Positions 36,743 through 47,457 of a stretch of DNA of 64,000 nt are shown piece after piece. This DNA comes from a virus. The notes under the pieces were generated by a model that did no database searches, was not told the origin of the DNA, and saw only the letters and a program-made list of their open reading frames with translations. The stretch spans positions 5,381 through 69,380 of IMG/VR virus record IMGVR_UViG_3300025913_000032; one strand, 5' to 3'. Each line of letters begins with the position of its first letter. Position 1 is the stretch's first letter. Position numbers and translations under genes: made by a program.

Positions 36743-37619
36743 GCCTGAACTTTCTACCGCAATCTGGCATTACTCACCCAGCAAGCGCAAGGTTCTTTAC
36801 GCTCATGCCTGTCGAGACTGCGGGAAGATCCGTTTCTTCAATATGAAGCGCATTGCCGCGTTGCGCTGCAAGGACTGTCGAGTTGTATTCCTGAAGACCA
36901 ATCCAAAGCGAGAACCCTACACTTGTAGATTTTGCGGAATTAAGTTTCGCGCGATTTGGCGTAAGGCACGCGAGCCTCAATTCTGCTCGTTAAAATGCCA
37001 CAACGATGCGCAGGCGGCAAGTAACTTAAGTCGGCAAGCCTATCGCATCTGTAAACACTGCCACAAGTCATTCGCTCTTGATCCCAGTGATGCCCGCCGA
37101 AGACCCGCAGAGTCGTGCTCGAATACCTGTCGGCTTGCTCATCACATTTGGATAAACTGCGCCCATTGCAGTAAGAGGTTCAACGCTCGCCACAATACGA
37201 CACGGAGATACTGCTCGAAGCGGTGTTACCTCAGTTCGTGGACCGAAAGCCGTATTGAGAAGCGTGTCCGTATCGCACTCGAAGATTATCAAGTTAACTT
37301 TGAGACTCAGTTTCCGGTGAAAGGCGCGCATCACTTTGACTTCTACGTGCCATCCCTGAACTTGCTGATCGAAGCCGACGGAACCTACTGGCACTCACGA
37401 CCTTGGTCTAAGGAGCGAGATGCGAGGAAGACAGCCAAAGCGGAAGCGTTGGGTTACACTGTATTACGGTTTCCTGAATTATTGATAATGTCAGACCAAT
37501 GGACTACAACATTCAGTGAGGCAATTGCTAATCACTTACAAACACATGAAAGCAGCGGCACCAGTCCCCTCCGCTGCACGACGGTGAAGGCACCGGCTCA
37601 AGTTCCGATTCATCTGTAG
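36741..37619 (+). CDS. DUF559/Vsr-like PD-(D/E)XK endonuclease with multiple CxxC Zn fingers
   Basis: ESRIEKRV..FETQFPV..HFDFYVPSLNLLIEADGTYWH..RDARK..GYTVLRF. Confidence 0.85.
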   Translation: MPELSTAIWHYSPSKRKVLYAHACRDCGKIRFFNMKRIAALRCKDCRVVFLKTNPKREPYTCRFCGIKFRAIWRKAREPQFCSLKCHNDAQAASNLSRQAYRICKHCHKSFALDPSDARRRPAESCSNTCRLAHHIWINCAHCSKRFNARHNTTRRYCSKRCYLSSWTESRIEKRVRIALEDYQVNFETQFPVKGAHHFDFYVPSLNLLIEADGTYWHSRPWSKERDARKTAKAEALGYTVLRFPELLIMSDQWTTTFSEAIANHLQTHESSGTSPLRCTTVKAPAQVPIHL

Positions 37620-38406
37620 CCGTGTCTCCGTCGAACGATGCGCAGCTATCGCAAACGTTCTGGTCTAATAACGCACTATACTCCACCCGCTGCCACTCAT
37701 ACCTCGCCGCCTCCACGCTCCTGCCAAAGCTGATGGTCCTGTTCGCCAGCCCAGTGGCAATGCGATCCACGTAGGCGGTTGATGCGCTGTGTACGTCGCT
37801 GGTGACAGAGGTGATGAGTGTTGCGCCGGATTGGCCCAGTAGGGCGTAGCGCGAGGCCGCACCGGTGATACGGGCCTGTACGTCGTTGGCAAGACGGCTG
37901 GTGGTAATGGAGGTCAGCTGGTCCAGGTCGTCATCGAAGTCGTCATCGTCGGCAGCTTTGATACCACGCTGCGCAGCAATCAGCAGGCGTCCATCGTTGA
38001 AGGTGGTGGTGACGGCGTCGTGCAGGTGATCGTAGTCACTGGCGCTGACAGTGACAATCAGCTTGTGGTAGTTCGCTGCTGAGAGTCGGGCGAGCTTAGC
38101 CAGCGCATCGTCGGTGAGCGAGTTGCGTATAACCAGCAGCAGGTTCGTCAACCGCTCCTTTGCCGAGTCCTGTGCTGCGGCGATGGCTTTTACCTGAAGT
38201 GCTTCGTGCGGCTTCGGCTCCCGACTGAGTTGCAGCCCCTCCCACTCGACTGACTTGGCAGGCAGGTGGTTCAGGCCGAGGTGCTGGTAGAAGGCGGTGG
38301 CGCGATCTTCGCCGTAGAGGTCGATGAGACGTTGCCAGCCTTGCGCGTGACGGACGGCGAGGGCTGCTTGTAGTTTGAGATCCAGTAGTTTGCGTTGGAG
38401 GCTCAA
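37528..38406 (-). CDS. Minor head morphogenesis protein (gpF / SPP1 gp7-like)
   Basis: YSALLDQNVCDSCASFDG...CSGGDWCRC; TTGA overlap start; downstream of portal. Confidence 0.75.
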   Translation of the reverse strand: MSLQRKLLDLKLQAALAVRHAQGWQRLIDLYGEDRATAFYQHLGLNHLPAKSVEWEGLQLSREPKPHEALQVKAIAAAQDSAKERLTNLLLVIRNSLTDDALAKLARLSAANYHKLIVTVSASDYDHLHDAVTTTFNDGRLLIAAQRGIKAADDDDFDDDLDQLTSITTSRLANDVQARITGAASRYALLGQSGATLITSVTSDVHSASTAYVDRIATGLANRTISFGRSVEAARYEWQRVEYSALLDQNVCDSCASFDGDTATDESELEPVPSPSCSGGDWCRCFHVFVSD

Positions 38407-38822
38407 TTTGCTGTCCTGCCGTAGAAGTAGCAACCCATCTGGTGCCCGCCAGTAACCTCGTAGCATGAGCACTCAGGGCCCGGACAGTCGTCAACCGTAT
38501 GGCGCATGTCCGGAAACTCGTTGAAACTAATGCCGCAACCGCCCTTGCAATAGTCGTAAGGATTATCATAGACCATCTCAAATCCGACCAGTGGTAGCTC
38601 CGGTATCTTCTCGCCTTCAGGTACGTCGGCAAACGAGGCTGACTCAACCACCAGCTTTAGCGTCATAGGCCAATGGTTGGTGTTGGTGTGACAGCCGATA
38701 ATCTTCGCATCATCTGGCAGCGGATTCTCTTTGACAACAATGAAACGCGGTGGTCCATCTTTGCAGAATTTGCAGAACTCGACAAATAGTTCAGGGGTCA
38801 GATCAAGCGTTGCGATTCTCAT
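38403..38822 (-). CDS. Hypothetical protein
   Basis: ORF between portal and minor head gene. Confidence 0.55.
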   Translation of the reverse strand: MRIATLDLTPELFVEFCKFCKDGPPRFIVVKENPLPDDAKIIGCHTNTNHWPMTLKLVVESASFADVPEGEKIPELPLVGFEMVYDNPYDYCKGGCGISFNEFPDMRHTVDDCPGPECSCYEVTGGHQMGCYFYGRTAN

Positions 38823-40272
38823 TGACGAATCCCTTCATCTCCCGCTCCAGCCCCTCAAACCAGCGCTCCAACTCAGCGAACTTTGCCAGTGACGCCGGGT
38901 TGATTGGTGGTGGGGCAACAGGCTCCTGTGGCTCCTCAGCAGCCTTCTCAATCAGCCGCTCGGTGGTCATCGGTGTGGCTAGTGACGGTACGAAGTGGAT
39001 GTCCAGCCCCTCCATCGTCGGTTTGCCGAGGGATGTCAGAAACTGATTGATGGTGATGCCGCCGGACGAGAGCGCGCGAGTAGTGCGTTCGTAGAGCTTG
39101 TCGCGATCTTCCTGCAGCACCCGCACGGTGGAGGTGTCGAAGATTAACCTCGCACCCTGTGGCATCTCAAACTCCGGCAACAACTGCCACGTCAACTGCT
39201 CAGCCAGCGCCGTCTGCATCGGCACGATGACAGACTCGTAGCACTGCTGGCGGGCTTCGCGATAGGCGGCGTAACTCGTCCCGTTCTCTAACCCAACAAG
39301 GAATTGCAGCATGGCCGCTGGTATCCCCGTCACTGCTGCAATGCGCGACTCCGGCACCTTGCGCAGTTCCTTCAGGTCGAGTTCCTCCGGCGACCACGCG
39401 AACTTGATTGCTTCGATGGGGAGTGCGGAAACAATCGGCACGCCGATGTTGTCACCGGTGGTCTGCTGCACCCACTTCTCCTTGAGCGCCAGTGCCTGCG
39501 TCTCGTTGAGTGACACGCCCTCGCCTTTAGGACTGAGCATCGGCACCACGATGCCCATGTTGCGCAGGATGGTGGCGGTAAACAGCGCCGCCTTGTTATC
39601 GCCGTAGACCTCACTGATCACCGGGCCAAATGCACCGATGCCGCGACGGGGATTGTTCGGGTCTTTGCCGCGTTTGAGGTGGATGATGTCGCGTTGCGGG
39701 TAGAGGACCGGGGCTTTGCCGGGGATGGAGTACTGGTAGTGGGAGAGATAGTCATTCTTCGCGTCAGACGGCACCGCTGGACTCCCTCCATCCCCTGGCC
39801 AGCGTTCCTTGACGAGGAACCACGGCAGATACCACAGCGCAATCACCTTCCCGCTGTTATCCCGCTGCTTGTACCAGTGGAAGTTGCCGTCTACCCAGAG
39901 GCCGAGGCTGAGCACCGCACAGTCCTCTGCCCAGGTGGTGAAGGGGTTGGGGCGGCGGATGAGGTCGCAAGCCTCATGGCCCCAGATGGTTTCGTAGCCG
40001 TTGTTCTCACCGGGTTGCTGGACGACGGGTTGGGCTTCAGGGAGCTGGGTGGAGGTGAGATTCACCACGGCCATCACCAGCGATGAAGTATCGAGATTGC
40101 CGACTTCAGCGGCGTAGTCGATTGACGTAGCGCGGCGGCGGTTCCAGTAGGAATAGCGCAGAGGTTCAGGGTAGCCGTACTGAGAGTAGCTGTTGCCGTA
40201 GTCAGGCGCGGGAGTGGCGGCTTTCAGTTGCAGGCCGAGACGGTCGAGGATACGGGTGGCGAGTGACATCAA
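38803..40272 (-). CDS. Portal protein, HK97 family
   Basis: LIRRPNPF, DIIHLK..DP.NPRRGIG, IAAVTGIP, GGITINQ. Confidence 0.92.
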   Translation of the reverse strand: MMSLATRILDRLGLQLKAATPAPDYGNSYSQYGYPEPLRYSYWNRRRATSIDYAAEVGNLDTSSLVMAVVNLTSTQLPEAQPVVQQPGENNGYETIWGHEACDLIRRPNPFTTWAEDCAVLSLGLWVDGNFHWYKQRDNSGKVIALWYLPWFLVKERWPGDGGSPAVPSDAKNDYLSHYQYSIPGKAPVLYPQRDIIHLKRGKDPNNPRRGIGAFGPVISEVYGDNKAALFTATILRNMGIVVPMLSPKGEGVSLNETQALALKEKWVQQTTGDNIGVPIVSALPIEAIKFAWSPEELDLKELRKVPESRIAAVTGIPAAMLQFLVGLENGTSYAAYREARQQCYESVIVPMQTALAEQLTWQLLPEFEMPQGARLIFDTSTVRVLQEDRDKLYERTTRALSSGGITINQFLTSLGKPTMEGLDIHFVPSLATPMTTERLIEKAAEEPQEPVAPPPINPASLAKFAELERWFEGLEREMKGFVNENRNA

Positions 40273-40486
40273 CTACTCCCGACGACCACGATCAAGAACC
40301 TCTTTAGGGATTGCGGTAATGGCAGCAATGTTGATTTCCGGTAGCTCACGCAGGAAAGTCAGATCCAGCTCTCGTGGTTCAAACCGCAGAGGGTTGACCG
40401 TAATTATGTCCTTCTCGTCGTTGTCTGGTTTATCCATCCCATCTCCTCCATCAGCGCCGCATGTTATCACACGTTGTAACTGGTGG

Positions 40487-41911
40487 TTAGAAGAATTGCA
40501 TGTCTTTGGTTGATGAAGCGCGATAAGCCATCGCCCCAGCGACAAACGAATCCGGTGGATGGCCCTTGGTCCCGCCCATCAAATCCTCGTTGGTGCAGTA
40601 GCGGTGCTCAGACTCGCAGTAGCGAATCTTGGCGCTGACGATGGCTCGATCCTCAATCGCGGCAATGTACTTGGTGAACACGTCCGCGCGCGTCTGCCCC
40701 GCCAGCACCACCCCCCGTGCATCAGCTTCCTGATAGTCGTCAACCACGTCGCCCAGTCCGGTGGCGTCATGACACGCTGGACCGGGATACTTCGCCACCC
40801 GCGCGTCGAACTTGGCAATCATCATCGGCCACGACATGCGCTGGTAGCGGGACCATGCAACACGACGCATTGGTCGTACGTCGGTACGGAAGGTGTCAAT
40901 CACCGTGTGGTCGCGCTTCTTGGCCCAGTCGCCGCCGGTGGCATAGACCGCACCCGCTACAGGCTCCTCGATGATTAGCTCGTAACCCATAGGACCAGCA
41001 AGCTGCTGCGGGGTGAGCAGGCCATTGAACTCGTCACGGAAGCACGCATCGACAGCTTCAGGAAGAATTGCACGTCCCTCTGGCGACGGCTCCTGCAAGT
41101 CGTACTCAGCCGCCCACATAGATGCGGTAACCTCACCGCGCTTGGACTCAATCTCTTCCTGTGTGAGCCAGCCATCCGGCTGCACGCTCGTCTCCCGGTA
41201 GCACCACTCCTGCACCGGCCAGCCTTTCTCAGCTGCACGCTTCTTAATCTCGGTGAAGGTGCCAGCAGCGTAGTGGTGGGTAGATGACATCACCGTCTGT
41301 TTCGCCACCTTCGCCGTACCCATTGGTTGACCCATCGCGGCGTCGAGGATGGCCAGCTCCATCTCGTCGACCTCATCCAGTCGCATGCGTTGTGGATGTG
41401 GACCACGGGCGGATTTCGACGAGGCCATCAGCGCGGTGACTAACCCTCCCGACCGGTAGCGAGTCCGTCGCTGAATGTTCTCCTCACCTCCCGACCACTT
41501 TTGCAGGTATTCGATAACGCGCGTTGACTGCTCGCCTGAACCGCCGAGGATTGTCACCTCTGCGCCAAGCGTGTCGGCTTCAATGTGGCCCAGCAGCGCG
41601 AGTAGGTACGACTTGCCCGCAAACCCGCGTGAGCCTTCCCAGACGGTGACATTGTGACGCGCGAAGTAGGCGTCGGCAAAGGCGCGAAACGGCGTGCAGT
41701 GGTTGGGGCAGACAGGAGTGTCGGGGATGGTGATGCCGAGGGTGGTGAGCAGGTAGTGTTTGAGTTCGGTGTCGGTAGTCGGCGCGGTTCTAGTTAATGC
41801 GGTCTGTTGCTGTTGGCTCTGGATCTCCTGTAGACGATCCGCTACCGGCCACAGGTGCTTCAGCCGGAGCGAAGGAGGCAGCGAGTTTTCCAAGGTCAAG
41901 TTTGACGCCAT
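40487..41911 (-). CDS. Terminase large subunit
   Basis: GSRGFAGKS Walker A, RLDEVDEM Walker B, GGDWAKKRDHTV and DATGLGD nuclease motifs. Confidence 0.92.
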   Translation of the reverse strand: MASNLTLENSLPPSLRLKHLWPVADRLQEIQSQQQQTALTRTAPTTDTELKHYLLTTLGITIPDTPVCPNHCTPFRAFADAYFARHNVTVWEGSRGFAGKSYLLALLGHIEADTLGAEVTILGGSGEQSTRVIEYLQKWSGGEENIQRRTRYRSGGLVTALMASSKSARGPHPQRMRLDEVDEMELAILDAAMGQPMGTAKVAKQTVMSSTHHYAAGTFTEIKKRAAEKGWPVQEWCYRETSVQPDGWLTQEEIESKRGEVTASMWAAEYDLQEPSPEGRAILPEAVDACFRDEFNGLLTPQQLAGPMGYELIIEEPVAGAVYATGGDWAKKRDHTVIDTFRTDVRPMRRVAWSRYQRMSWPMMIAKFDARVAKYPGPACHDATGLGDVVDDYQEADARGVVLAGQTRADVFTKYIAAIEDRAIVSAKIRYCESEHRYCTNEDLMGGTKGHPPDSFVAGAMAYRASSTKDMQFF

Positions 41912-42599
41912 CGGTTTCAGACTGCGCGAACTTCAGCCATTCTAGCGCATCTTTGTCACTCTGAAGTACGCCGTCTTTCATCTTGGTCTTAATTACCCGC
42001 ATAGCGAGCCGCAACCGCTCAGCACGAGACGCTATTCCAATCATCAGCGACAGCCGGTCTATCTCCGCCGCGAAGTCCGGGTGGTGCAGCCAGTTGAAGA
42101 TCGTCTGTCGGTGTACTTGCACTTGCTCGGCGGCTTCATCACGAGTAGCGCCAGAAGCAAGTAGTACCGCCGCTTGTGAGCGTTGCTCATTCCAGCAGAA
42201 TCGCTCCGCAGGTCGAATGTTGGTAGAGAGATTCGTTTTGGCTCGAACTACCGTGTCGTCCTCATCCGACCAGTCGATCAACACTGTTGCAACGCCGGAT
42301 TCCCGTCTCTCGCCATCAGGGTTGCGAACCACGTTAACGAGATCCGGCAGCTTGTTTATCCAGTATGATTCTCGTTGAAACCGCTGGTCCTGGGCGCATT
42401 CTTCGAGCAGTTCAATGACGAGGTTGTCGATGCCGATTTCCTGGACGACGCGGGTGAACTCAGGATTACGATGCAGGCCGCTGGTGACGTGATTTTTATG
42501 CTTACCCAGCCGCCAGTCGAGGTTGCGCTTGGTGCTGCCGACATAGAAGTAGGTAGTTGAGTCCTTGGCGCGTAAGCCGTAGATGTAGCAGGTGGTCAT
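41790..42599 (-). CDS. Terminase small subunit-like HTH protein with N-terminal GIY-YIG domain
   Basis: YIYGL..FYVGST..RL..H..E.YWI N-terminus; AAVLLASGATRDEAAEQVQVHRQTIFNWL HTH; directly upstream of TerL. Confidence 0.75.
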   Translation of the reverse strand: MTTCYIYGLRAKDSTTYFYVGSTKRNLDWRLGKHKNHVTSGLHRNPEFTRVVQEIGIDNLVIELLEECAQDQRFQRESYWINKLPDLVNVVRNPDGERRESGVATVLIDWSDEDDTVVRAKTNLSTNIRPAERFCWNEQRSQAAVLLASGATRDEAAEQVQVHRQTIFNWLHHPDFAAEIDRLSLMIGIASRAERLRLAMRVIKTKMKDGVLQSDKDALEWLKFAQSETDGVKLDLGKLAASFAPAEAPVAGSGSSTGDPEPTATDRIN

Positions 42600-42961
42600 G
42601 GTACTACCTCTACTCGCGCCTCAGACGGAACGTTACACGAATCCCGGTGATGCGCGAGATGACAGGGACGACACATCCAGACAATCAGTAGAGGGCTATT
42701 GTAATCAGGATGGTGCATCTGCACGCCTTCCGTTATACCGCATGTCTTACACGGCTCCGGTTCGAGTAGTCCACGGCGTTTATACACGCCTGCATAGCTC
42801 CTGATATTGTCTTTATAGCGCTGTTCCGGCGTTAGTGAATGAGTCTTGCGCCAGTTGCGCATGTACTCGGCGTGGTGTTCTCTGCAATAGCGCTTAGTGA
42901 GCGGATTCACTGCTGGATTGAGACAGTTCGGTCTGGCGCAAGTTGTCTTACGTTCACTCAT
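42596..42961 (-). CDS. Small HNH-type nuclease
   Basis: PCKTCG..MHHPDYNSPLLIVWMCRPCH. Confidence 0.7.
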   Translation of the reverse strand: MSERKTTCARPNCLNPAVNPLTKRYCREHHAEYMRNWRKTHSLTPEQRYKDNIRSYAGVYKRRGLLEPEPCKTCGITEGVQMHHPDYNSPLLIVWMCRPCHLAHHRDSCNVPSEARVEVVP

Positions 42962-42985
42962 GTCAGTGTACCACAACCACGCAAC

Positions 42986-43201
42986 TCATTGCCGCTTATC
43001 TCCGTGCTTGCGTGGTCTGCCAGCGTTCTTCACACTACGCGGGTTTGGCTGAAACTTGTCAAGCTCTGAGCGCCGGATACCGACGACTGTAACCTTCGTG
43101 GTTGTCGTCTTGAGCTTGCCGGTTTCAATGGCCGTGTAAATCGCCTGCCGTGATACGCCTTTGATGTCCGCTGCTTCTGTGACTGTCAGTATCTCGCCCA
43201 T
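42986..43201 (-). CDS. Excisionase/MerR-like HTH DNA-binding protein
   Basis: LTVTEAADIKGVSRQAIYTAIETGKL. Confidence 0.8.
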   Translation of the reverse strand: MGEILTVTEAADIKGVSRQAIYTAIETGKLKTTTTKVTVVGIRRSELDKFQPNPRSVKNAGRPRKHGDKRQ

Positions 43202-43208
43202 GTGCGAC

Positions 43209-43281
43209 ATCCTACACCTGTGAAAATAATTTGTCAAGAGGCAAAATAGTAGTTGACAACTGTCAAATTATCAGATAGGAT
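43209..43281. promoter_or_regulatory. Divergent promoters at the late/early boundary with palindromic operator candidate
   Basis: TTGACA-17-TAGGAT on both strands; TTGACA-AC-TGTCAA inverted repeat at 43253-43266. Confidence 0.8.
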
Positions 43282-43313
43282 GCCTCCATCTTAGCAACGA
43301 GGAGCAAACGACG

Positions 43314-43575
43314 ATGACACCCGGCACGCCCACAATCACCAAAGGTTTCCGCTTCCTGCACGCGACATGGAAAAGTCCAGCCTTCTCGTTCGCTCAGTAC
43401 AAAGGAGCTTCCGGCTCGGGAAACGGCACAGGAGATGGTGGTGACGCGCGTCGCTAAAGGAACCTGCTACTACCGACCTATCTATCGCATCAACGGCGAG
43501 ATTCGCAACTATGGTTCACCGTTCTATCGCGAGCTGGCGAAGATGAACGAGATTGTGCTGGAGGTGTTGTCATGA
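43314..43575 (+). pseudogene. First early gene, with one extra base near 43401
   Basis: Strong RBS; 262 nt span is one base over frame; removing one A joins two halves. Confidence 0.5.
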
Positions 43576-46560
43576 GCGAGTACACGTACAAGGCACAAGG
43601 ACTGTCAGACGGCGAGCTGGTTGACGAAGTAGTCGCACGGGTCTGGGCTGAACTCGAAAGCATGACCTGGGAGGCCGTACTGATGGATGAACTAGTTCAG
43701 CGATTCATGCGGTACGGCGGGTTGACTGAAACACCGAAGGGCGTACTGCGCGACGATAGGAATCGCTGGTGACGCACTCACCCTTTGAACGACGGAGGTT
43801 ACGATGATGACGACAACCACACGGAGAAACAATTTGGATCGCATTTGCTGCTGATGGCAGCATTGGGCAGCTACTTGGCAGGCAAGGCTGACAGCACGCG
43901 AGTACCGGCTGAGAACGAGCGCGTTACCGCAGCTATTGCCCGCACCATGCGCTGCCAGACGGAAGTTGAATACGCCGCTGGTACCGACCATCAGTGTACG
44001 GCTAGTGAAATCCGGCAAGACGCTGGACTGGAGGTGAGATGACTGCACGAGAGATTTACAACGCGATACAACGTGGTGATAAGGAGAGTCAGCAGCAGGC
44101 GCTCTACGAGTTGCTAGCGCTCAATCAGGAACTTGCGACGGCAACACTGGAACTGGCCCATCACGTTAAGCAGCTGATCGGGTATGACCCGGTGGAACAA
44201 CGCCCGCGATTGTGGCTAAGCGAGTTCCTGGACTTACCGAAAGGAGAACGATAATGGCAACGGAGAGAACTGGTTACAAGGTAATCGATGAGCTACTGGA
44301 GACGATTGCGCCGCGCGTGGAGGGTAAGCAGTGGCCAGTGGTGGAAGCGACACCAAGACCGTGGCATCGGAATGTCTCGCCTGCATGGAAGTATCCGATT
44401 TACGCAGATCGTGACGGCGATCCGAATGGGCGGAACTGGATACATATTGCTGCGGTACTAGCCGGAAATCCAAACGCTGAAGCGGATCTGGATTTAATCA
44501 TCCATGCGGTGAACTCGTTCGATAGGCGCGACATTGCCCTACGTCAAGCTCAGACCATTATTCAGGATCACGTCAACGGCATCGAGCGCACTGCGTGGCA
44601 GGAAGTTTTGGACCGGATTAACGAGGCGCTAAAGGATAAATCAGACAATGGCTAAAGTAACGATGACCTACCCCCTCGCAATGGCCGCTGGGCGTGACGC
44701 CGGGAATCGGTCGATGCGGCGGGCGGGGAGAAACCAGTGGGATGAGGATGATTGGAATGCGGCGGCTGAGACGTTTGAGAGGTTGCGGGGCAAGGAAAAT
44801 GGCTTGCCGGAAGGTGAAAACGCCGTACAGGGCGATTCTGGCGCAGCAATGACTGCCACAGCAACCACCCAGCAACGAACAGGAGCGTGAAGGATGGACA
44901 TACAATCAACAACTACCGAAAGGACCAACACGATGAACGACGAACGTGAAGTGACTACTGCGACCACCACAACCGATGACGAGGACCGTTGCCCGGACTG
45001 CGGTTCAACTGAAGCGGGTAACTGCTTTTATTGCAAGATGGATTGAGGGATATATTATGACTGAATGTAATCACACAATTGTAACCAACGTTGACACCAA
45101 GGACGGTGGTCACTACTGCGAGGAATGTGGGCAGCGGTTTGTTGTCGCAGCGCCCACGCAACCCGCGCCGGAGACGGGCGGGGAGTGGTCGCTATCGTCG
45201 GCAATGGTCAACGACATCATGTATCGTGACCATTTCGCAGCAAGTGGCAAGAAGCCTGTGTGTATCGACATTCCCGAAGGTGACACTGGACGGACGCACT
45301 ATGCGGCGGTCGTCGTTTGCACGGGTAGGGAGCATGCAGCGCAGATTGTCGCGGACCACAACGCAGTGATGAAGCTAGTGGCTGCGCTCACTGACACGCT
45401 TAACGCAATGGAGATTCAGGAGCAGCGCGAGACTGAAGAGTTCCATTTGTCGATAACCGCATTCAGACCCATCTGGGACAAGGCAAAGAACGACGCTCGT
45501 GCCGCCCTCGCAGCCGCCACCGGGCAGGGAAAGGAGTGATGAAGTGAATCGACGACAATGGCTTGAATCAGAACAACGCGATAAGTTCTACGAGTCACAA
45601 CGACAAGGGACGGATGAGTTCGGGGCTTTATGGCTCAAAGTGAACAACGCCGTCGTGCAGAATCCGACGATCAGCGAGTTGTTTGACTTCAGTCAACAGC
45701 AAGTGCGGTCACTGGTATCGCTGACGATGCTTGAGACGTTGCGTATTGCGACCACCACCCACCCGGACGAGGGAGGACGGGGATGATGGACGCAACACAA
45801 CAACAGCCTACTAAGCGACGCGTTGTCCATATGCAGGCGTCGCTTTCAAAGCCGCTGTGCCTCGGATGGCGTACGAAGCATCTGACCCTGACGCTAAATC
45901 GCGCTGAAGTTACCTGTCGCAATTGTCTTGATAAATTGAAACTGGAAGTGCGTGGAAAGGTGGACTGGGAGGCGATAGCCAAGGAACTGGAAAAGCAATT
46001 TGACTCGCTGCGCAAATCAACGTTGGAGTTCCTGTTCGCTCATCCATGCTACAAAGGCGAAACTACGCTGGAAAACTATCCGCCGCGTGTCTGCTTCCAG
46101 TTTTACGCGCCAGTAACAAAGGGCTGGACTTACAGTTTAGATCTTGGCGGCGACATGGACTCAAACTTCATCCAGGTTGCCAAACTGGCGGCCAATGACC
46201 TCGATTGCATTGCTACGTTTGTCGGGCAGATTGCTGAGACTTACCACCTTCGCCCTTTTCGTACAGGAGATCGCACCCATGACCCGATTGTGCTCAACTA
46301 CGAACTCAGACCAAACTATCGCTGAGCCTATCAGACTCACCATCGACGACGCCGTATCCGCCAAAGGAGCTACGCCAACGCAGCGGCCCCTGGCGATGAC
46401 TATCGATGATATTACCGAGACTCGCTACGGCACCACCCAGCACATGCACTGGCCGGTGGATGAGGACACTCGACGCCGGTTAGCAGCGATCATCACCAGC
46501 GACATCAGACAGCAGCCGGAGAAGTCGCCAGCTCCACCGTCGAGGTGGTTGAGGTGGTAG
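43572..46560 (+). other. Cluster of small early hypothetical genes (43572-43772, 44039-44254, 44254-44655, 45057-45539, 45783-46325 and others)
   Basis: Coupled ORFs with GGAG RBSs; TPRPW motif common in phage early proteins. Confidence 0.55.
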
Positions 46561-47193
46561 TTAGACGGCGTTGCACTCTTTCTCAGTCAACTGCCTGATC
46601 AACTTCACCCTGAACCGCCAGTTAATGTCTTTGGCGGTCTGCTTCGTCGGCTGATATCCCGCTGCCAGCATCGCGCCTTTGAACGCGCCATTGGTCAAGT
46701 AGAACCCTGACTCACTACCTTCAAAACGATGTTTCCACGTGTAGCTCGTCAGAGGATGGGCACGGGTACCTGGAGCAAAGGTAGTTGTAATCCATGCTTG
46801 CAATGCCTCTCGCTGTTGCCTGGACAGCCGATGGTAAGCCTGTGGGTTGTTTGGCTGTGAAGCACGCCAGTCAACCGTACGGTCGTGTCCATGCGGACAA
46901 TATATCCCTTGAAGATTGGTTCCAAAGACTTCGTAAGCGGTGTCTTCCAGTGCGCAGATCAAATCACCTACAACCGCCGGAGAGAACTGCGGCACTCGCT
47001 TGAGCGCAACCTGCAAAATCCAGTCGAGCAGTTCAGCGGAATTACGAGCACGTTCCAGGTCGATTTCATAAAACCAGTTGCCATGCTTGTCGAACATGCC
47101 GACAGTGAGATTTGACGGGTCGAACCTGAACGTAACCCCTTGACTATTAACAGGTTGATAGGGCTGATAGGTCAATTCCGATGCGTGAATCAC
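46561..47193 (-). CDS. Hypothetical protein with SYxxKH...YLTNGAFKGAM domain
   Basis: AGGAGG RBS; motif often seen near mobile-element replication genes. Confidence 0.6.
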   Translation of the reverse strand: MIHASELTYQPYQPVNSQGVTFRFDPSNLTVGMFDKHGNWFYEIDLERARNSAELLDWILQVALKRVPQFSPAVVGDLICALEDTAYEVFGTNLQGIYCPHGHDRTVDWRASQPNNPQAYHRLSRQQREALQAWITTTFAPGTRAHPLTSYTWKHRFEGSESGFYLTNGAFKGAMLAAGYQPTKQTAKDINWRFRVKLIRQLTEKECNAV

Positions 47194-47212
47194 TTTTATG
47201 GTCGCCTCCTTT

Positions 47213-47454
47213 TGGACAGATATGGACAGGAGATCTGTCCACTATAATCCATTAAGGCTAAAGATAGTTAGACAATTTGGACAGATGTACACCCCTTTTC
47301 AACTCGCGCCCTTCATGCGCACACACGCGCGTATAGAGACGAGTAGTATCAACCCTGTCCAACCTGTCCAAAGTGAATATAAGGTAATAAACATCGGCAT
47401 TCTACGCGGACAGATAGCCAAAACCCGCTGTCCACGATCTGTCCAACCTGTCCA
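47213..47454. repeat. Iteron-like TGGACAG/CTGTCCA repeat array, candidate origin of replication
   Basis: Nine exact and two near copies in both orientations, immediately downstream of the D5-like helicase. Confidence 0.75.
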
Positions 47455-47457
47455 AAA

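Noticed and set aside
47213-47454. Possible CRISPR array
   Set aside because: Repeats are 7-mers in mixed orientation with irregular spacing, so iteron-like; no cas genes
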